From the NCBI GenBank assembly GCA_025457965.1, contig JALOTJ010000015.1, forward strand, positions 1-59,466: a stretch of DNA of 59,466 nucleotides, in the 5' to 3' direction. This DNA is from Spirochaetota bacterium (GTDB lineage Bacteria; Spirochaetota; UBA4802; UBA5368). Of this stretch, positions 57,249 to 59,466 are shown piece after piece. The stretch's first letter is position 1. Every line of letters begins with the position of its first letter. The notes below the pieces were generated by a model. That model was not told the DNA's origin. It was given only the letters and a program-made list of their open reading frames with translations, and did no database searches. The position numbers and the translations under genes were made by a program.

Positions 57249-57718
57249 GGGGTCAGAGCATCCGGCAACGAGCATCGTGAATGCGGGGTCAGAGCATTGA
57301 TTGAGGATGGCTGGGATGATGGGGGTCAGAGCATTGATTGAGGATGGCTGGGATGATGGGGGTCAGAGCATGGTTTGAGCCCGGATTGAGAATAAGGGGT
57401 CAGAGCATCCGGCAGCGGGTTGGCGCACCCCGTACGGTGCGGGATGGGGCCGGCTGGATGATAGGGGGTCAGAGCACTTTTCGGGGACGGCAGGGGGAAA
57501 CAGGGGTCAGAGCATGCAATTTTACCGGGAATGGCAGGGGTCAGAGCCCCTTGCGGATGGCTGGGATGATGGGGTCAGAGCCTTCGGCGGGTTCCCGGCT
57601 GGAAAGCGATAGGGGGTCAGAGAACGGGTTGAGAACGGGTTCGGCTTGCGTCGATTGCGATACGGGAATGCGGGCGCAGGGCATTTCTGCGGATTACTTT
57701 GTGCAAGGGGTCAGAGCC
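57249..57718 (+). repeat. degenerate tandem array with 11 intact copies of the core GGGGTCAGAG(C/A)(A/C) at 34-42-nt spacing (two longer gaps); not CRISPR
   Basis: Core starts: 57249, 57285, 57322, 57359, 57396, 57465, 57503, 57537, 57571, 57613, 57707. A 9/12 degenerate copy lies at 57672. Units 57285-57321 and 57322-57358 are identical. The + strand is strongly G over C. Confidence 0.85.
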
Positions 57719-57881
57719 CTCAATTTAAGCCGTGCGTTTGAAGATGCAAAAAAATCGCACCCTCACGATAGTATAGGTACTACTTGCCTATTTCATCAAC
57801 AGATCGGGCGGTGCGTTCAGTTCTGGCGCTATAGCGGCAATTTTAACATTATTTTTACCTCGTCTTGATAGGAATTTAACA

Positions 57882-57909
57882 TTGACATGAGAGCTTTGCC
57901 TCGTAGACT
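57882..57909 (+). promoter_or_regulatory. sigma70-like promoter candidate for the porin gene
   Basis: TTGACA (57882-57887), 16 nt spacer, TAGACT (57904-57909). This would give a 5' leader of about 240 nt. Confidence 0.4.
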
Positions 57910-58156
57910 CGCCTGCGTCTTGTGAGTTTACCGGACGGCGACCTGCATGTCCACGCGGCCCCGCCTCTCTCCCGTGATGAAACGGGAGGACCGCGGGACC
58001 CGGAGCGGTATGCGGCGCTCCGGCCGAATAATGGAGGTATCGCGAAACCCGGTAATGCCGGACCTTTCCCGCCCGCTGCGGGAAAGCGATGCGCATTCCC
58101 CGGCCGAGCGATACTTCCATAGCATACAATTAAAATCGTTTCAGGAGGAATTACAG

Positions 58157-59338
58157 ATGAAGTCACGTAAATTTTTTGCGCTTCTGGTGGCGGCCGTGTT
58201 CGTATTCGCCGGCGCCGCGTTCGCGCAGGACGCGCCCAAGGCCGACGAGCCGAAGCCCGTTGTTGACGTGAGCGGCGTGCTGTATCTGGACTACGCGTAT
58301 TACATGAAGAGTGACTCTGGGCAGGAAAAGGCCGACAATATGCGGATCACGCGTGCGTATGTCAACTTCGCGAAGAAGATTGATGATGTGTGGAGTGCGA
58401 AGGTCACCATAGACGGTTCTGGAGTTGCTGAGAAGGACAAGGACAATAAAATTACCGCGAACAACCTTGTCTTTATTAAGAATGCTTATGTTGAGATGAA
58501 ACAGGCATTCGACCCGGTTGTCCTGAAAATTCAATATGGTATCGTGGGTACGCCAATCATCGGCATCGCCGACAGCATGGGGGGGGCACGATGGATTTAC
58601 AACACGTACCTGGATAAAAGCGGTGACCTGCTCGGAAAGACCGGTGATGCGGCTGTTGCCGCAGACTATAAGAGTCATGCGCTGGATGTTAGCTCCGCCG
58701 ACATGGGTATCAAAGGTGAGCTTAGCATCATGAAGATGGTTACGATAACCGGTATGTATTCCAACGGTACTGGGTTCAAGTATACTGAGGAAACACAAAC
58801 CGCCAGCACAGAGCCGAATCCCATAGTTGATAAGGCCTATTATGGCATGATCAGCATCACTCCGATTAAGGGCCTCTTTATAAACGGTTACTACCACACC
58901 AGGGATATCGTTAAAGCTACTGCAGACGATGATGAAGTTACCTATTATGGTGGCGGACTTGCTTGGAGCGACAAGTCCTTTAAGGTCGGTGCCAACTACG
59001 TGATGGGTGAGCGGGATTCAGTTGATGTTCGGCAAAAAGCCGATTATACCCTTTACGAAATTTGGGCAAACATCAACTTGGCAGAAGTGGTCGGAGTTCC
59101 GGTCATTCTGTATGGCAAGTATGCAGTGGGTAGCACAGAAAGTGATGTAAACATATTGGGTGAAGTGCAGGATGTGGATAGCACCGTATACTATGCCGGT
59201 CTTGGCTATCAGTTTAACAACGCTGTCCAAGCGATGGTTGTGTATCAGGCACAGGAGTCTGAAGGCAAACTAAATGGTGGTGGAAAGGGAACGGTCAAGG
59301 ACAACACCCTTTGGGTGAAGACGGAAGTCAAGTTCTAA
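58157..59338 (+). CDS. porin-like outer-membrane beta-barrel protein
   Basis: ATG 8 nt after AGGAGG. Signal peptide MKSRKFFALLVAAVFVFAGAAFA, beta-strand periodicity, and a C-terminal ...LWVKTEVKF. The listed longer ORF (from 57947) would place 70 aa ahead of the signal peptide. Confidence 0.75.
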   Translation: MKSRKFFALLVAAVFVFAGAAFAQDAPKADEPKPVVDVSGVLYLDYAYYMKSDSGQEKADNMRITRAYVNFAKKIDDVWSAKVTIDGSGVAEKDKDNKITANNLVFIKNAYVEMKQAFDPVVLKIQYGIVGTPIIGIADSMGGARWIYNTYLDKSGDLLGKTGDAAVAADYKSHALDVSSADMGIKGELSIMKMVTITGMYSNGTGFKYTEETQTASTEPNPIVDKAYYGMISITPIKGLFINGYYHTRDIVKATADDDEVTYYGGGLAWSDKSFKVGANYVMGERDSVDVRQKADYTLYEIWANINLAEVVGVPVILYGKYAVGSTESDVNILGEVQDVDSTVYYAGLGYQFNNAVQAMVVYQAQESEGKLNGGGKGTVKDNTLWVKTEVKF

Positions 59339-59364
59339 GCTTCCATTCCAGTTTGTGCGTACGG

Positions 59365-59396
59365 AAGAGCGCGGCGTTTGCCGCGCTCTTTTTTTT
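59365..59396 (+). terminator. rho-independent terminator after the porin gene
   Basis: AAGAGCGCGGC / GTTT / GCCGCGCTCTT followed by a T-run. Confidence 0.8.
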
Positions 59397-59440
59397 GTGG
59401 TTTGGGCCGGGGTGTGGGGTGAGAGGCGCAGCGGCTGGGC

Positions 59441-59451
59441 GCTCTGACCCC
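59441..59451 (-). repeat. isolated inverted copy of the GGGGTCAGAGC core
   Basis: The + strand reads GCTCTGACCCC, the exact reverse complement of the array core, 45 nt past the porin terminator and at the window edge. Confidence 0.6.
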
Positions 59452-59466
59452 TGGTGCGAACGCGGC

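Noticed and set aside
57249-57718. CRISPR array interpretation of the periodic repeat
   Set aside because: The conserved unit is only about 12 nt, whereas CRISPR repeats are 23-50 nt. The 'spacers' are 22-26 nt and related to one another. There is no leader or cas gene in the window.
57338-57868. Listed 176-aa ORF across the repeat array
   Set aside because: The repeat core is read in different frames in successive units. There is no SD, the composition is Gly/Arg-rich from the G-rich DNA, and it ends in the AT-rich promoter region. It is a repeat artefact.
57947-58156. N-terminal 70-aa extension of the porin ORF
   Set aside because: A strong SD (AGGAGG) and a canonical signal peptide begin at ATG 58157. 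The extension would bury the signal peptide and has no SD.
1-59466. Mobile elements, prophage, defence islands, rRNA operons
   Set aside because: No transposase, integrase, phage, restriction-modification, toxin or rRNA-like sequences were recognisable. Apart from the repeat-flanked porin, the window is syntenic housekeeping DNA.

Overview
59.5-kb chromosomal core segment from a high-GC bacterium (most genes look about 60-68% GC by eye). A few genes are clearly more AT-rich: der, the Lys-rich/PilZ pair, infC and the terminal porin. I call about 60 protein genes, 4 tRNAs (Leu-GAG, Ser-CGA, Ser-GGA, Val-GAC), and no rRNA, transposase, integrase, cas gene or CRISPR. All protein calls come from reading the supplied translations for family signature motifs; no database search was possible.

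Gene content, in order:
- GldG-like/DUF4340-like/short pyruvate kinase
- adk
- dnaX-ybaB-recR
- der
- Lys-rich histone-like protein and a PilZ-like protein
- tsaB-tsaE-rluD
- icd
- GAF-PP2C phosphatase
- GT26 glycosyltransferase
- thrS (disrupted)-infC-rpmI-rplT
- ZapB-like and zapA
- ECF sigma factor with two FecR/beta-propeller proteins
- cheW-cheA-cheB-cheY
- a long scpA-scpB-pheA-aroF-tyrA-cmk-rpsA operon
- rpmF-acpP-rnc-NUDIX-aroB-STAS
- a degenerate ABC module
- murJ
- gltX
- a porin

The many FecR, PEGA, PQQ-propeller, PP2C and STAS proteins plus the PilZ-like protein recall Leptospirales-type spirochaetes. That placement is inference only.

Most notable observations:
1. An unexplained G-rich array at 57249-57718 holds at least 11 copies of a 12-nt core, GGGGTCAGAGCA, at a period of about 36 nt. 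It includes a perfect 37-bp tandem duplication. An inverted core copy lies at 59441-59451, so the copies bracket a low-GC porin gene.
2. thrS is split by a perfect 17-bp tandem duplication.
3. dnaX carries an A9 run with a -1-frame stop two codons downstream.
4. CheA carries a C-terminal CheC-type phosphatase domain.
5. An ECF sigma factor sits next to two paralogous FecR/beta-propeller proteins.
6. An ABC ATPase keeps only the Walker A motif.
7. A structured GC-rich leader precedes the PilZ-like gene.
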